Assembly: GCA_051294905.1 (NCBI GenBank)
Contig: CM119373.1
Span: 15,624,001 to 15,688,000, forward strand
DNA length: 64,000 nucleotides
Direction of reading: 5' to 3'
From: Botryllus schlosseri
Lineage: Eukaryota
Within the stretch, counting starts at the first letter, position 1. Each line of letters starts with the position of its first letter. This document shows, in pieces, positions 62,279-64,000 of the stretch. Under the pieces are notes generated by a model. The model saw nothing but the letters and a program-made list of their open reading frames with translations. It did not search any database and was not told the origin of the DNA. The position numbers and the translations under genes were made by a program.

Positions 62279-62533
62279 TTAAAATGCGCTGAAAACTGGA
62301 GACCGATGCACCGAACGCCACAGTTGAGAGCAGAGATGGGAATTTTTCAGTAGTCAACACAGTAGTCACAGAAGTATGGTAAGTATTCCCATAAGTATCT
62401 TCCATTGATAAGCCGCTTGGATCCGGGTACTCAAATCGTTGTGCCCTGCACCATGAGCGCCATAAATATAATATATCCGTAGAATACAAGACAAAAAGTC
62501 GAAGGCAGGTGTATGGAATACAAACAAACTCAC

Positions 62534-62694
62534 CGATCTTGTGAGCTAATGTCCAAGAGTCTGGAGCAGAGGAAGGATAACAACAAGCGGACCACTTTCT
62601 CATCCGGAATCGTATTGCAAATGTCGTCGATACGCAACAGGTTCGGGATGCCGCCCATTGCGTACAACGCCTTTTGGACCAACCGAAGATTTGC
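62534..62694 (-). CDS. ASPM: ASPM exon, end of second CH domain (GGIPNLL..DICNTIPDEKVV..LLSFLCSRLLD)
   Basis: Highly diagnostic NTIPDEKVV...SFLC.RLLD motif; GT-AG, phase 0 to 2. Confidence 0.95.
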
Positions 62695-63480
62695 CTGAAC
62701 GAGATTATAATTGTCTAGCTGCGTTTAGATGTCATTACCGAGCATTTTGCAGTGAAATGTCCCCTGTCGCCAAGTCTAAATATCCAGCTCAGCTTACAAT
62801 AGCAACAAATAACACAGAAACTGTCACAAAAAACACCGTGAACTAAGCTTAGTATCACAACCGAACATTTAATCTAAGATTGTCACCAGTCATTTTGCCC
62901 CGCAATTTCGTAAGTAGGATTAGTTAGATTAGTAAGATTATCTGGTAAAAGTAAGCAGTCCATCGACGAAATCTAGTTTTTGAAAAGTACTCGAGTACTC
63001 TTCAGCTCTTTCATTTCAAACTTACACTCAGAGTCACTTTATCACGTCTTAGAAAAGCTACCTCGACTTGCAATAGAGCAGAAATTTAGTTTACTGTACC
63101 GCTGTACTATGATCATCAGTTCACTGTGACATTTTATATCCCTATCCTACAGCTCTGCTTTCATTCAACCTTTTTCTCCTATTCATGATATGAACTATGC
63201 AATGTTTGCAATGCTGAGATTTTCACCATTAAAATTACCAGAGGCGAAGTAATATAATTATGACCATCACATGCCAATAGAAAATCTTATAAGAAGTCAT
63301 TGAAGAGGCCATTGGAGGTACAGACTTGAAGCACACAATAGAATAATATATTCAATCATTGATATTGAAAATTATTTAAAATACATTATTATTTGCTGAC
63401 GACTACCCCTGGCGAGAGTCAGTCAAAACTATTCAGGTGTATTTCAATATCAATATACCATATATACACATGGAACACAC

Positions 63481-63552
63481 CTTCTCGTTTTTCAGCAGCG
63501 TTGCCTGATCAGCCGGAGAACCCGCTGATGACACCGGAGTCTCATTTGAGCC
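63481..63552 (-). CDS. ASPM: ASPM exon (GSNETPVSSAGSPADQATLLKNEK)
   Basis: CTGCAG acceptor, GTGTGT donor, 24 whole codons; LLKNEK-ANL matches recalled LLENEK-KNF. Confidence 0.8.
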
Positions 63553-63616
63553 CTGCAGAAAAAAACATCCGCATTGAAAAACATCCATACCCTTAGTCAA
63601 AGAAAATTAAACTCAC

Positions 63617-63847
63617 ACTCGGTTCGTTGAGGCCTTTCATATTAAAAGTGGTCGCCATATTGACGTGAGCGATATTGACGAGACCGGACTGGTACTGGCT
63701 GATCAGACATGCCAGGACACGTCCGTCGCTGAAGGAAGCCGCGAAATTGTACACGGGTATCAATTTGAAGGCGCAGACAAGCCGAGACCATTCCAGTAAT
63801 AGCCGAGAGATGGTAGACAGCGCGGATTTTGAGCCTGGGACAGTTTT
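63617..63847 (-). CDS. ASPM: ASPM exon, second CH domain start (LLLEWSRLVCAF...VYNFAASFSDGRVLACLI)
   Basis: SFSDGRVL CH motif; TTTCAG acceptor, GTGAGT donor, 77 whole codons. The gene continues beyond the window end. Confidence 0.93.
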
Positions 63848-64000
63848 CTGAAAAAGATACCGACATAGTCAATGGCTGGGCATCAAGTTACGATGAAATA
63901 AAAAGAGTGACTCAGCTAGAGTTGTATGGATGGAATCGCCGGAAGAAGAGTTTCAAAATGCGCAAGTAGAAGCAGACCTAACGGCCTTTAAAAATCTGCA

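Noticed and set aside
63900-64000. Further ASPM exon at the window edge (..RFLKAVRS..)
   Set aside because: All three minus frames stop within the segment unless a weak donor is assumed. The adjacent window is needed to decide.

Overview
AT-rich eukaryotic (invertebrate-like) genomic window, with no prokaryotic features such as CRISPR arrays or rRNA. The right third (43.5-63.8 kb, minus strand) holds the 3' 12 coding exons of an abnormal-spindle/ASPM orthologue. I joined these by hand: all junctions are GT-AG and phase-consistent, giving about 2,590 aa from the second calponin-homology domain to the stop codon. One 5,634-nt exon carries about 70 IQ motifs at an almost uniform 27-aa period, including 21 near-identical 81-bp units. 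The left two thirds are mostly nested transposon debris: many hAT MITEs with 8-bp TSDs, L2/CR1-type LINE copies, a tRNA-derived SINE, Penelope fragments, a P/THAP9-type transposase relic, and two CsRn1-like Ty3/gypsy relics, one interrupted by a very young non-coding LTR element. Pogo-, Harbinger- and Kolobok-like elements sit in the ASPM introns. Hidden in the debris, and not visible in the ORF track, is a three-exon gene (11,583-13,554, minus) for a 117-aa secreted precursor with TATA/Inr, a signal peptide, an RRKKR site and a 4-Cys mature domain. A weaker plus-strand spliced gene candidate lies at 19-22.4 kb. Family assignments come from motif recognition and recalled sequences, not database searches.
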